Both the position numbers and the translations under genes were made by a program. Source: a candidate division FCPU426 bacterium (lineage in GTDB: Bacteria > Oederibacteriota > Muellerivitia > Muellerivitales > Muellerivitaceae). From it: a stretch of DNA of 64,000 bases. The DNA lies in contig CAVRAL010000001.1 in the NCBI GenBank assembly GCA_963719085.1, positions 640,001 through 704,000 of the forward strand. The letters run 5' to 3'. Numbering within the stretch: position 1 is the first letter of the stretch; every line of letters starts with the position of its first letter. Positions 31,012-40,022 of this stretch are shown here, piece by piece. Below the pieces are notes generated by a model that saw only the letters and a list, made by a program, of their open reading frames with translations, had not been told where the DNA came from and ran no database searches.

Positions 31012-32565
31012 ATGACTCAAAAAGGCAGGGTGTACCTCGTGGGCGCGGGACCGGGAGACCCAGGATTATTGACTTTGCGCGCCCGGGAAGTCTTGAGCCG
31101 GGCTGATTCGGTCATTTATGACACCCTGGTCAGTCCCATGATCGTCAATTTGGCGCCCCCGACGGCCCAAAAAATATTCCGCGGCAAGCGTTCTAAGCCC
31201 GGCGCGTTAAGCCAAGCGGCGATTAACCGGCTTCTGGTAAAGCTGGCCAAGCAGGGTAAACAGGTAGTTCGCTTAAAAGGCGGCGATCCTTTTGTGTTTG
31301 GGCGGGGCGCGGAGGAAGCCCAGGCTTTAATCAAAGCGGGTTTGGAATTTGAGGTGGTTCCAGGAGTGACTTCGGCCATCGCGGTTCCGGCTTATGCGGG
31401 CATTCCGGTGACCCATCGGGACTTAAACTCCAGCTTTACCGTGGTTACCGGCCACGAAGACCCGACCAAGCAAAGTCCCATAATCGATTGGATGAATTTG
31501 GCCCAAAGCCAAGGTACCTTGGTTTTCCTCATGGGTTTACACGCCCTGCCGAACGTTTGCGGCCGGTTGATCATTGAAGGAAAATCGCCTTCAACCCCCG
31601 CCGCCATTATCCAATCCGGGACGACCAGCCGGCAAAAGACAGTGACCGGCACCCTTCAAACCTTACCAGGATTAGTTTTAAAGGCCCAATTGAAGCCGCC
31701 GGCGACCTTGGTGGTGGGGCCGGTGGTGTCGCTTCGGGAATCGCTTCAATGGATTCAACGACGGCCGCTTTTTGGTTGGCGGGTTTTGGTGACTCGGGGA
31801 AGGCTTCCTTACAATTCTTTGTCGGAGCTTTTAACCCAAAAGGGGGCGGAAGTTATTCAAATCCCCACGATTGAGCTCGCGGCGGTCAAGTTAAGCGCCT
31901 CTCAAATCAATCTGGCGCGGCAGGCTTCCGGTTACGATTGGATTGTTTTTTCCAGTGCCAACGCCATCGAGTTCTTTATGGCGGCCCTTTTAGGTGAAGG
32001 CTTGGATGTTCGGGTTTTGAGGGGTGTCCAAATCGCCTGCGTGGGGGACGCCACGGCCCAAGCCTTGAAAAAATATGGACTGATCGCGGACCTTGTCCCA
32101 AAAGAATTTAAGCAGGAAGGCTTTATCCAAGCCTTTAAGTCGATTGATTTGAAAGGGCGGAAGATTTTAGTGCCCAAAGCCCGGGAAGGCCGGGAAGTGT
32201 TCGAGCTTTTCTTGAAGTCGAAGGGTGCCAAGGTGGATCTTTTAATCCTGTATGAAAACCGCGTTCCCGCCGCCGCGCGCCGGCAAATTCAAACCCTTTT
32301 TGAGCAACAGGATGGTGTGAGCTTGCTGACCTTTGCCTCTTCCTCGGCGGTTGATCATTTCTTTCAATTATTGACGCCTGCCCAGCGAAAAAAATGGGTT
32401 TCCAAGCTTCCGGTAGCCGTGATGGGGCCTGTAACAGCCCAAGCGGCGCGCCAATGGAAGGCTAAAGTGGCGGTTCAACCAAAACGTTACACCGTCCCTG
32501 ATTTGGTGGAAGCGATCGTGAAATGGGCCCACAAGAACAGGAAAAGATTTAATATAACTCCGTAA
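31012..32565 (+). CDS. cobA/hemD: Fused uroporphyrinogen-III C-methyltransferase and uroporphyrinogen-III synthase
   Basis: VYLVGAGPGDPGLLT and RLKGGDPFVFGRG, then VLVTR, WIVFSSANA, TFASSSAV. Confidence 0.95.
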   Translation: MTQKGRVYLVGAGPGDPGLLTLRAREVLSRADSVIYDTLVSPMIVNLAPPTAQKIFRGKRSKPGALSQAAINRLLVKLAKQGKQVVRLKGGDPFVFGRGAEEAQALIKAGLEFEVVPGVTSAIAVPAYAGIPVTHRDLNSSFTVVTGHEDPTKQSPIIDWMNLAQSQGTLVFLMGLHALPNVCGRLIIEGKSPSTPAAIIQSGTTSRQKTVTGTLQTLPGLVLKAQLKPPATLVVGPVVSLRESLQWIQRRPLFGWRVLVTRGRLPYNSLSELLTQKGAEVIQIPTIELAAVKLSASQINLARQASGYDWIVFSSANAIEFFMAALLGEGLDVRVLRGVQIACVGDATAQALKKYGLIADLVPKEFKQEGFIQAFKSIDLKGRKILVPKAREGREVFELFLKSKGAKVDLLILYENRVPAAARRQIQTLFEQQDGVSLLTFASSSAVDHFFQLLTPAQRKKWVSKLPVAVMGPVTAQAARQWKAKVAVQPKRYTVPDLVEAIVKWAHKNRKRFNITP

Positions 32566-32588
32566 ATTGAAACCCTTTTGAGGTAAAA

Positions 32589-33566
32589 ATGACTTTTCCC
32601 ATCCAACGCTTGCGGCGGCTTCGGCGGACCAAGGCTTTGCGGCTTTTGACCCAGGAGACCCAGTTGACGTCGTCCGATTTCATTCTTCCCCTTTTTGTCG
32701 TCGAAGGCTTAAAGAAACCCGAGGCCATCACCTCGATGCCCGGGGTTGAGCGGCATAGCCTGGATACGCTCATCCGGGAAGCGAATTCGGCCCATGCTTT
32801 GGGGATTCCCGCAGTTTTGCTGTTTGGTATTCCTAAGAGAAAAGACGCCGGCGCTTCCGAGGCATACCGGGCCGAGGGGATTATCCAAAAGGCCGTCCGG
32901 CGGTTGAAGAAGGAAATTCCGTCCTTAGTGGTCATCACCGATGTTTGCGCCTGCGAATACACGTCCCATGGCCATTGCGGCATCCTTAAAAACGGCGATG
33001 TCGACAATGATCCCACTTTAAGTCTGCTCCAAAAGATCGCGTTGTCCCACGCCCAAGCCGGAGCCGATATGGTGGCGCCCTCGGACATGATGGATGGCCG
33101 GGTGGCGGCCATCCGAAAGGGCTTGGACGCGAAAAATTTCACTCAAACGCCTATCTTGAGCTATGCGGCCAAGTTCGCCTCGGCCTTCTACGGACCTTTC
33201 CGGGACGCCGCGGATTCGGCGCCGGCTTTCGGCGACCGCAGGTCCTATCAGATGAACGGGGCCAACGCGCGGGAAGCCATGCGGGAAATCGCCGCCGATA
33301 TCGAGGAGGGCGCCGATTTGGTCATGGTCAAGCCGGCCTTGAGCGCTTTGGATATCATCGCCAAGGCCCGTCAAAAATTCGACCTGCCGATTTGGGCCTA
33401 TCACGTGTCGGGGGAATATTCGATGATCAAGGCCGCCGCCCAAAACAAATGGCTGGACGAGTCGGCGGCCATGGCCGAAAGCCTGATCGCCATCAAAAGG
33501 GCCGGCGCCGACCGGATTTTGACCTACTGGGCCAAGGAAGCGGCCCGGTTTTTCAAAAGGGGATAA
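32589..33566 (+). CDS. hemB: Porphobilinogen synthase (Zn type)
   Basis: DVCACEYTSHGHCG, APSDMMDGRV, MVKPA, YHVSGEY. Confidence 0.98.
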   Translation: MTFPIQRLRRLRRTKALRLLTQETQLTSSDFILPLFVVEGLKKPEAITSMPGVERHSLDTLIREANSAHALGIPAVLLFGIPKRKDAGASEAYRAEGIIQKAVRRLKKEIPSLVVITDVCACEYTSHGHCGILKNGDVDNDPTLSLLQKIALSHAQAGADMVAPSDMMDGRVAAIRKGLDAKNFTQTPILSYAAKFASAFYGPFRDAADSAPAFGDRRSYQMNGANAREAMREIAADIEEGADLVMVKPALSALDIIAKARQKFDLPIWAYHVSGEYSMIKAAAQNKWLDESAAMAESLIAIKRAGADRILTYWAKEAARFFKRG

Positions 33567-33609
33567 GGCTGGGTTTGTTCGGACTTGGGGATTTCAAGGA
33601 GGGCGGACT

Positions 33610-34125
33610 TTGAATCTTGGGATGATCGCGGCCTTGGGGTTTTACATCTGGTCGACTTTGGTGGTTTTGATTTGGGGTCTGCGCCAATCCCTGGGCGCCC
33701 TGATCTGGTATTTCCTTTTTCCCGCCGGGTTGCTTTTGACTGATTTTCTCGGTTTTTGCGCGAGGGCTTCTTTCGGCTACCACGATCCGACCACCGCCGA
33801 TTTTTGCGTCTTTGGGGCTGTGGGAGTCCTGCTGTTTGAGTTTTTTTTCCGGGACTTGGCTCCGGATTCTGAGCAATTATGGCTGGCTTTTTGTTTCCGG
33901 GTGGCCTCGCTCATTCCTTGGTTCTTTTTTTTATTTTTCTACGTCGTCCCGCGTTTTTTAACTTATCCGCAGGCGCGGGAAGCGGCTTTCTACCAATCCA
34001 TTTGGGCCTTGGCCGGCGCGGCGGCGGTTCAATTTTATTTGCGGCGCAAGCGTGACCGGGAAACTGAGGCGCAGGAAGCCATCGTGAGTGTAAAGAAAAA
34101 TCCCAAAGGGAAGGCCAAAAGTTGA
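33610..34125 (+). CDS. Hypothetical membrane protein, about 5 TM
   Basis: AGGAGG RBS, hydrophobic segments, overlap with the hemL start. Confidence 0.6.
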   Translation: MNLGMIAALGFYIWSTLVVLIWGLRQSLGALIWYFLFPAGLLLTDFLGFCARASFGYHDPTTADFCVFGAVGVLLFEFFFRDLAPDSEQLWLAFCFRVASLIPWFFFLFFYVVPRFLTYPQAREAAFYQSIWALAGAAAVQFYLRRKRDRETEAQEAIVSVKKNPKGKAKS

Positions 34126-35429
34126 GAAAAAAATTCGGTTTACGCCAGTCTGAAAAGCTTTTCGCCGAGGCTCAAAAGCACTTAGTGGGGGGCGTGAACA
34201 GCCCGGTCCGGGCCTTTAAAGGCGTCGGGGGGACCCCGATATTTTTTTCCCGGGGAAAAGGGCCTTATCTCATCGACGTGGATGGGAACCGCTACATCGA
34301 TTTGGTCGGCTCCTGGGGGCCTTTGATCTTGGGCCACTTGAATTTGGAGGTGGCCAATCAAGTCCGTCGGACCATGCGCCGCGGGTTTACCTTTGGCGCG
34401 CCGTCACCCTTGGAAACTGATTTGGCCGTTGAGGTCAAAAAAGCTTTTCCCTCGATTGAAAAAATTCGGTTTGTAAGCTCAGGAACTGAGGCCACCTTGA
34501 GCGCGCTTCGTTTGGCGCGGGCGGCGACGGGGAAGAAGCGGATCTTAAAATTCGACGGTTGTTACCACGGCCACGGGGACAGTTTTTTGGTGGCGGCGGG
34601 AAGCGGTCCGGCGACCTTGGGGTTGGCGGACAGCCCGGGAGTGCCGGCGGAATTCGCTTCTTTGACCTTGAGCGTGCCCTTTAATGACCTGAAAGCCGTT
34701 GAGAAAGCGTTTACCACTTTTGACGACATCGCGGCGGTCTTCGTGGAACCGGTCGCGGGCAACATGGGTGTGGTGCCGCCGGAGTCCGGCTTTTTGCGAG
34801 GATTGCGTGAGCTGTCCCGTAAATTTGGTGCTATTCTAATCTTCGACGAGGTCATGACGGGATTCCGGGTGGCTTACGGCGGCGCGCAAGAATTGTACGG
34901 TGTGACGCCCGATCTCACGACCCTCGGAAAAATCATTGGTGGAGGCATGCCGGTCGGGGCCTACGGGGGCCGGGCGGATTTGATGTCTCAAATCTCTCCC
35001 GAGGGTCCCGTTTATCAAGCGGGGACCCTTTCCGGAAATCCACTGGCCATGACGGCCGGGTTGGCCACTCTTAAAAAATTAAATCAAGACGGGGTCTACG
35101 CCCAACTGGAAAGGGCGGGGACCTATCTCGAAAAAGGAATCCTTCGAGCCGTTGAAAAAACCGGTGCCCCGGTGGTTTTCCAGCGGGTCGGAAGCATGGC
35201 CACACTCTTTTTCACAAAGGGAAAGGTCCAAAACTACGAGGACGCCAAGAAGAGTGATCGGGAAAAGTTCTCCCGATTTTTCTGGGCCATGGCCAAGCGC
35301 GGGGTTTATTTGCCCCCCTCCCAATTTGAGGCTTGGTTTCTTTCCACGGCTTTGGGCCCTCAGCATTTGAAAAGAATCGTGAATGCCGTATCGGAAAGTT
35401 TGATGGAGGTTGAGCAGCAAGGCCGGTGA
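34122..35429 (+). CDS. hemL: Glutamate-1-semialdehyde aminomutase
   Basis: GGVNSPVRAF, FDEVMTGFR, LGKIIGGGMPVGAYGG, QAGTLSGNP. Confidence 0.98.
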   Translation: MRKKFGLRQSEKLFAEAQKHLVGGVNSPVRAFKGVGGTPIFFSRGKGPYLIDVDGNRYIDLVGSWGPLILGHLNLEVANQVRRTMRRGFTFGAPSPLETDLAVEVKKAFPSIEKIRFVSSGTEATLSALRLARAATGKKRILKFDGCYHGHGDSFLVAAGSGPATLGLADSPGVPAEFASLTLSVPFNDLKAVEKAFTTFDDIAAVFVEPVAGNMGVVPPESGFLRGLRELSRKFGAILIFDEVMTGFRVAYGGAQELYGVTPDLTTLGKIIGGGMPVGAYGGRADLMSQISPEGPVYQAGTLSGNPLAMTAGLATLKKLNQDGVYAQLERAGTYLEKGILRAVEKTGAPVVFQRVGSMATLFFTKGKVQNYEDAKKSDREKFSRFFWAMAKRGVYLPPSQFEAWFLSTALGPQHLKRIVNAVSESLMEVEQQGR

Positions 35430-35448
35430 AAATACGGGGAGGTGTGAG

Positions 35449-36159
35449 ATGAAAAAGAATCATGCCGTTTGGACCAACCGCCAATTTTTGACCACTGTGG
35501 CATTTGCCGTTGTTTTGGGTTTGGCGGGGGCTCCGGTTTTCGCCGAGGAAGAAATCCACTGGGACTCGAATGAGTCAACCCAAACCTCCAAACCCCTTGT
35601 GACCCCGGCGGAGTCCCCGATGGCCTCTACGCCCACGGTTTCGGACGCGCCTTTGGCCGAGCCCCAAGCGAAGCCGGCTGCCGGCATGGCCGAGTTGGCC
35701 CCGACCCCGACCGAAGAAACGGATTCCGACCTTCAAGAGTCCGAATCTTCCACGTCGACTCCGACGGCCGTTACGCCGACCGCGACCGTTGTCGCGGCTT
35801 TGGCCAAAGCCTCGCCGGCCGTGACTGTTTCGGCCGCCACTCCCCAACCCACTTCATCCATTATGACGGTGCAAGGCGTCTTGAAAATGAAAGATGTCTA
35901 TGCCTTGGGAATGAAATGCTACAATCAGAATAATTTCGTGGATGCCATCAAATACCTGAAGCAATCCCTCACGGTCAAAGATCCCTACACGCCTTCGTTT
36001 TATTACGCCGAAGCCAACGCCATGTTGGGGGTGATTTATCAGTTCCACATTGTTCACCCGGATTTGGCTTATCAGTATTATCATGAGGCCTTGAAAATCG
36101 ATCCGACGACGGAAACGGCTAAGAACCACATCGATCAAGTGAAACCGGATCAAAATTAA
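35449..36159 (+). CDS. Secreted protein with a Thr/Pro/Glu-rich linker and C-terminal TPR domain
   Basis: GGAGGT RBS, signal peptide ending APVFA, YYAEANAMLGVIYQFH...ALKIDP. Confidence 0.7.
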   Translation: MKKNHAVWTNRQFLTTVAFAVVLGLAGAPVFAEEEIHWDSNESTQTSKPLVTPAESPMASTPTVSDAPLAEPQAKPAAGMAELAPTPTEETDSDLQESESSTSTPTAVTPTATVVAALAKASPAVTVSAATPQPTSSIMTVQGVLKMKDVYALGMKCYNQNNFVDAIKYLKQSLTVKDPYTPSFYYAEANAMLGVIYQFHIVHPDLAYQYYHEALKIDPTTETAKNHIDQVKPDQN

Positions 36160-36178
36160 TCTTCACGAGGAATTCAGG

Positions 36179-37375
36179 GTGAACATCCAACGACTTTTGG
36201 GGGTCTTATGCTTTTTCGCCATCGCGGCGGGAGCGGGGGCGGACCCGTTGCCATTCAATATCACGGTTTATGGTCTATACGGGGCGCCGACCCAGCCGGA
36301 TTCCCTGGTTCATTCCAACTTTGACGGTTTAGGATTCGGCGGGTTGGTCGAATGGAATCCCTCTTATTTCGCCTCGCTGGGTTTAAGTTACGAGGAGGCG
36401 ACCTTTTACGGGGCGCCGAGTCTTTCCGCCGGCACCTTGAACCTGGAAGGTAAATATTATCTCGCGGCCTTTATCCAAAACGACGCGCCTTATCTTTTGG
36501 CCGGCGCGGGACTCAATGTGTTTAAGCCAAAGGTTGGTTGGCAGGGGAATTTGGGATTAAAAGTGGGAGTGGGCGAAAAGGTTTCCTTTATCGGCCCCAC
36601 TTTGCTCGATATTGGTTTTGATTACCATTGGATGGCCGATACCGGCAGTTTCCAATACGGCGATTTGCACGCGGGTGTGGGCTACGCTTTTGACATCAAG
36701 GGAGGCGAACCGGATGAGAAGTCGTCCCGCACGTCCAAGCCGACTCCGACCCCGCAAGGCTCGGTCACGTCGACGCCGACGGCCACCGTGACCGCTACGC
36801 CTACCGCGACCGGAAGCGTGACTCCGTTTTTTACGGCGACGGCAACGGCCACCGTGACCGTCACGCCCACGCCCGAACCCACCTTGACCACCGCGCAGGC
36901 CAAGGCGGTGATCTCCAAAATGAAGAAGTACTACCACCAGGGTGTGGTGGCGCTCAAAAATCATTACTACAAGACCGCGGTGAAGAACTTCGATGTTTGC
37001 GTGGATATCCACGAAAGCGTCGTTCCGTCTTATTACTACGCGGAAGCCTACGCTTCATTGGGCGTCATCTATCAGTTCCACCATCCGACGCCGGGCCATT
37101 TGGACCAGGCCCGCGCCTATTACAAGATGGCCCTCGCGATCGATCCTCAAACCGCGACAGCCAAGAAATATTTGGCCAAGCTGACGCCCAGCAAGGTCAA
37201 AAAGGCCAAAACGAAAGCCAAGGTAAAGCGCGTTGTCTCGGCCGCCACGCCGTTGGTGACGGCGGTCGCCACCGAAGCGCCTGTGGCGGCAGTGACGCCG
37301 GTCGCGACAACCGCTTCTATGAATTCCGGTTTTGGATCGCCAAAGACTCCTTCAACGCCGGTTTCTAAAAACTAA
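36179..37375 (+). CDS. OMP beta-barrel, TPTAT linker and TPR domain protein
   Basis: Signal peptide; APYLLAGAG and AGVGYAF strands; Thr-rich linker; TPR paralogous to the previous gene. Confidence 0.7.
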   Translation: MNIQRLLGVLCFFAIAAGAGADPLPFNITVYGLYGAPTQPDSLVHSNFDGLGFGGLVEWNPSYFASLGLSYEEATFYGAPSLSAGTLNLEGKYYLAAFIQNDAPYLLAGAGLNVFKPKVGWQGNLGLKVGVGEKVSFIGPTLLDIGFDYHWMADTGSFQYGDLHAGVGYAFDIKGGEPDEKSSRTSKPTPTPQGSVTSTPTATVTATPTATGSVTPFFTATATATVTVTPTPEPTLTTAQAKAVISKMKKYYHQGVVALKNHYYKTAVKNFDVCVDIHESVVPSYYYAEAYASLGVIYQFHHPTPGHLDQARAYYKMALAIDPQTATAKKYLAKLTPSKVKKAKTKAKVKRVVSAATPLVTAVATEAPVAAVTPVATTASMNSGFGSPKTPSTPVSKN

Positions 37376-37395
37376 AACCGCTTTTCAATATCTTT

Positions 37396-37431
37396 GCGGC
37401 GGCAGTCACTTGGGTGGCTGTCGCCGTTTTT
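37396..37431 (+). terminator. Intrinsic terminator
   Basis: GCGGCGGCAGTCAC-TTGG-GTGGCTGTCGCCGT followed by a T run. Confidence 0.75.
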
Positions 37432-37451
37432 ATTTCGATTGCGGAGCGCGA

Positions 37452-38099
37452 TTAATTGCCGCCCTGGGCTAGTTCGGCCCGCGCGTCGGCGATGGCGGCC
37501 AGCACCGGCTTGACGGCTTCCTTCAGGTTCTCGCCGTCCGTGATGGCCTGTTGGACAGTTGGGGTAAGGGCGTCGACTCCCTTGGGCGTGAGATCACTTG
37601 AAAGATAAACTTTAATTTGATCGATGTCGGAAATATAGGCCTTGAGTGATCCCTTGACGCCGACGCTTGCCGCCGAGATGTGGGCGAAGACCTCGCTGAG
37701 ATCGGCGCGGCGCTGTTCGCTGAGGGCCTCAATCTGTTCATCGGTATACGTATTGCCCTGCATCCGCCATTCCTCAAAATAATTCTTTTGCTGCGTGTTC
37801 ATTTTCTCCGCGCGTTCAAACAATCGTTTGCCCAGGGTTTCCATTTTGCTGACATTGTTTGAGTATTTATCGTAAGCCTGTCCTTCGTTGGGTTGGCCCG
37901 GATCAATGAGGGATTGGAGCGAACCGTCCGTGACATCCACTTGGGCCATGGCGTCAATATAATCCTGTTCCACAGTTTTCATCGTGTTGCGGGTATCGGC
38001 GGATCGTTGATTGCCGGTGGTCGCGCAACCGGATTGAAGCAGGGCGGTTCCGAGGATCGTAGCGCTTAATACAGCGGTTCGCATGGTTTGTCGTTTCAT
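37452..38099 (-). CDS. Helical lipoprotein, DUF2959-like
   Basis: Lipobox-like QSGC, AGGAG RBS, YFEEW and LSSDLTPKG in an all-helical body. Confidence 0.65.
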   Translation of the reverse strand: MKRQTMRTAVLSATILGTALLQSGCATTGNQRSADTRNTMKTVEQDYIDAMAQVDVTDGSLQSLIDPGQPNEGQAYDKYSNNVSKMETLGKRLFERAEKMNTQQKNYFEEWRMQGNTYTDEQIEALSEQRRADLSEVFAHISAASVGVKGSLKAYISDIDQIKVYLSSDLTPKGVDALTPTVQQAITDGENLKEAVKPVLAAIADARAELAQGGN

Positions 38100-38412
38100 A
38101 GTGAATCTCCTTTAAATTAAATCAGTGTGGTGATGACGATCAGGGTTTGATAGGAGGCAAGTATTGTGCCTTGTTTTACTTTGGAAATTAACGCGTGACA
38201 CGATGATTGTGGCGGCGGGCGCCGATCATAATGATTTGGCCGCGTTCATTTTGATCGTTTTGATTTATTGGAGAGACGCGCGGGGGTAAAGTAAATCAAA
38301 TTTGGGGCGCTGAGTTTGTTCGTGGTGAAAAGGGAAGGCTGGGTTCCGGCTTGAGTTTTGATGGTTGGGAAATTTTGTCTGAATTATTTAGCGGTCCTAA
38401 AGCTTGTAACTT

Positions 38413-39195
38413 TTAGTTCACCATTTGCCGGATGCGCTCAATCTTAGTGGCTTTGCCCGTTTCCTTGTCCACTGAAACCACAACCGCCTGGAACAAATAG
38501 GGCATAGCTTCCGAAACCTCAAAGCGGGCGGGGGAGCCGGTTAAAAAGCGGTGCAATACTTGCTCTTGTTTCATCCCGATTACCGAGTTCGGCGAGCCGG
38601 TCATGCCGATGTCGGTCAAATAAGCCGTGCCGCCCGGCAAAATTTCCTCGTCCGCCGTCATCACGTGCGTGTGGGTGCCGGTTACCGAGCTGACCCTTCC
38701 ATTCAAATACCAACCCATGGCGCGCTTTTCGCTGGTGGCCTCGCAATGCATATCCACGATGATGATCTTGGCTTTGCTTTGAACCTGCTCAATGGCCCGG
38801 TCGGCGGTTTTGAAAGGGCAGTCGATGGGGTACATAAAGACCCGGCCCATCAGGTTCAAAACGGCGATCGGCGTTCCTTTGCAATCAAACACACCCAAAC
38901 CTGAACCGGGATTCTCCGAAGGATAGTTGTGCGGGCGAAGCAGCCGGGCGTCCTTGCCCAAAATTTCCCGGACTTCCTTTTTGGCCCAAATATGGTTTCC
39001 GCTCGTCACCACATCCACGCCGGTTTCCAGCAATTGCTTGAAGGAATCGGGTTGGATGCCGGTGCCGTTGGCGATGTTTTCCCCGTTGGCCACCACGAAA
39101 TCAATGGCGTGATCGGCTTTGACTCGGGCCATGCAGTTATGGACGGCGTGACGGCCGGGTTTTCCGATGATGTCGCCGATGAGAAGGATGTTCAT
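38413..39195 (-). CDS. ymdB: YmdB/TIGR00282 metallophosphoesterase
   Basis: IGDIIGKPGR, ANGEN, TSGNH, DMHCEATSEK, GTHTHV, TDIGMTG. Confidence 0.95.
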   Translation of the reverse strand: MNILLIGDIIGKPGRHAVHNCMARVKADHAIDFVVANGENIANGTGIQPDSFKQLLETGVDVVTSGNHIWAKKEVREILGKDARLLRPHNYPSENPGSGLGVFDCKGTPIAVLNLMGRVFMYPIDCPFKTADRAIEQVQSKAKIIIVDMHCEATSEKRAMGWYLNGRVSSVTGTHTHVMTADEEILPGGTAYLTDIGMTGSPNSVIGMKQEQVLHRFLTGSPARFEVSEAMPYLFQAVVVSVDKETGKATKIERIRQMVN

Positions 39196-39284
39196 GAAAG
39201 CCTTTAGTCGAAAGGAATGGGAAGCCCGAAGAGATTAAACAAAACGACGGCGAAAAGCAAATAAGAGTAGAACCAAAACAAACT

Positions 39285-39409
39285 GCTCACGCAAAGACGC
39301 TAAAACGCCAAGGTGGAATGGAAACAATTTTGATTAAAGCCCAATTATACGGATATTTTCAAACAACAGAATTTTGTCTTTCTCAGCATCTTGGCGTCTT
39401 TGCGTGAGC
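39285..39409. repeat. Intergenic hairpin element A (three ACGCNAAR units per arm)
   Basis: Left arm GCTCACGCAAAGACGCTAAAACGCCAAG; right arm reverse complement GCTCACGCAAAGACGCCAAGATGCTGAG; AT-rich spacer. Confidence 0.85.
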
Positions 39410-39425
39410 TTTTTTTATTGGTTTA

Positions 39426-40022
39426 TTAGGAACTACAGTATTCCAGCGCTTTTTCGTGGAGAAGGGCTTTCACCGGAATGTCGTGCGCGCCTACGGGAAC
39501 CTCATCGACCACTTGGAACGAATAGCAAAGTCCGATGGAGACGGAGTCGGGTCTTAAGTGGGGCAAAGCCCGGTCGTAATAGCCCTTGCCGAATCCTAGA
39601 CGGTATCCTTTTCGATCAAAGGCCAAGCCGGGAACCAGTATGAGGTCGATTTTATCCAGGGGAACCGCGTGAACCGGTTCGGGGCATAAAATTCCGAATT
39701 CACCCGGGGAAAGTTTTTTTAAATCCGTGACTTCATAAAAGCGAAGCTGGCTTTTGTTTTTGGAAACGTGGGGGAGCGCCAGCTTTTTTCCGGAGGCCAT
39801 AATGCCTTCTAAAAGTGGGTAAGTATCGATTTCGCCCTTGGTGGAAGCGAAAGCCGCCACAGTTTTAGCTTTTTTGTAATCCACGTTCTGTTGAAGCAGG
39901 TGAAAGGTCGCTTGACTGGCCACTTCAATAAAGTCCCGTCCGATTTGAGTCCGTAGGGCCATTAATTGATCCCGGAGTTTGGCCTTGCTTTCGTTGATGG
40001 CGGATTCGGAGTGGGAGGTCAT
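39426..40022 (-). CDS. ygfA: 5-formyltetrahydrofolate cyclo-ligase
   Basis: DLILVPGLAFDRKGYRLGFGKGYYDR, HDIPV. Confidence 0.95.
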   Translation of the reverse strand: MTSHSESAINESKAKLRDQLMALRTQIGRDFIEVASQATFHLLQQNVDYKKAKTVAAFASTKGEIDTYPLLEGIMASGKKLALPHVSKNKSQLRFYEVTDLKKLSPGEFGILCPEPVHAVPLDKIDLILVPGLAFDRKGYRLGFGKGYYDRALPHLRPDSVSIGLCYSFQVVDEVPVGAHDIPVKALLHEKALEYCSS

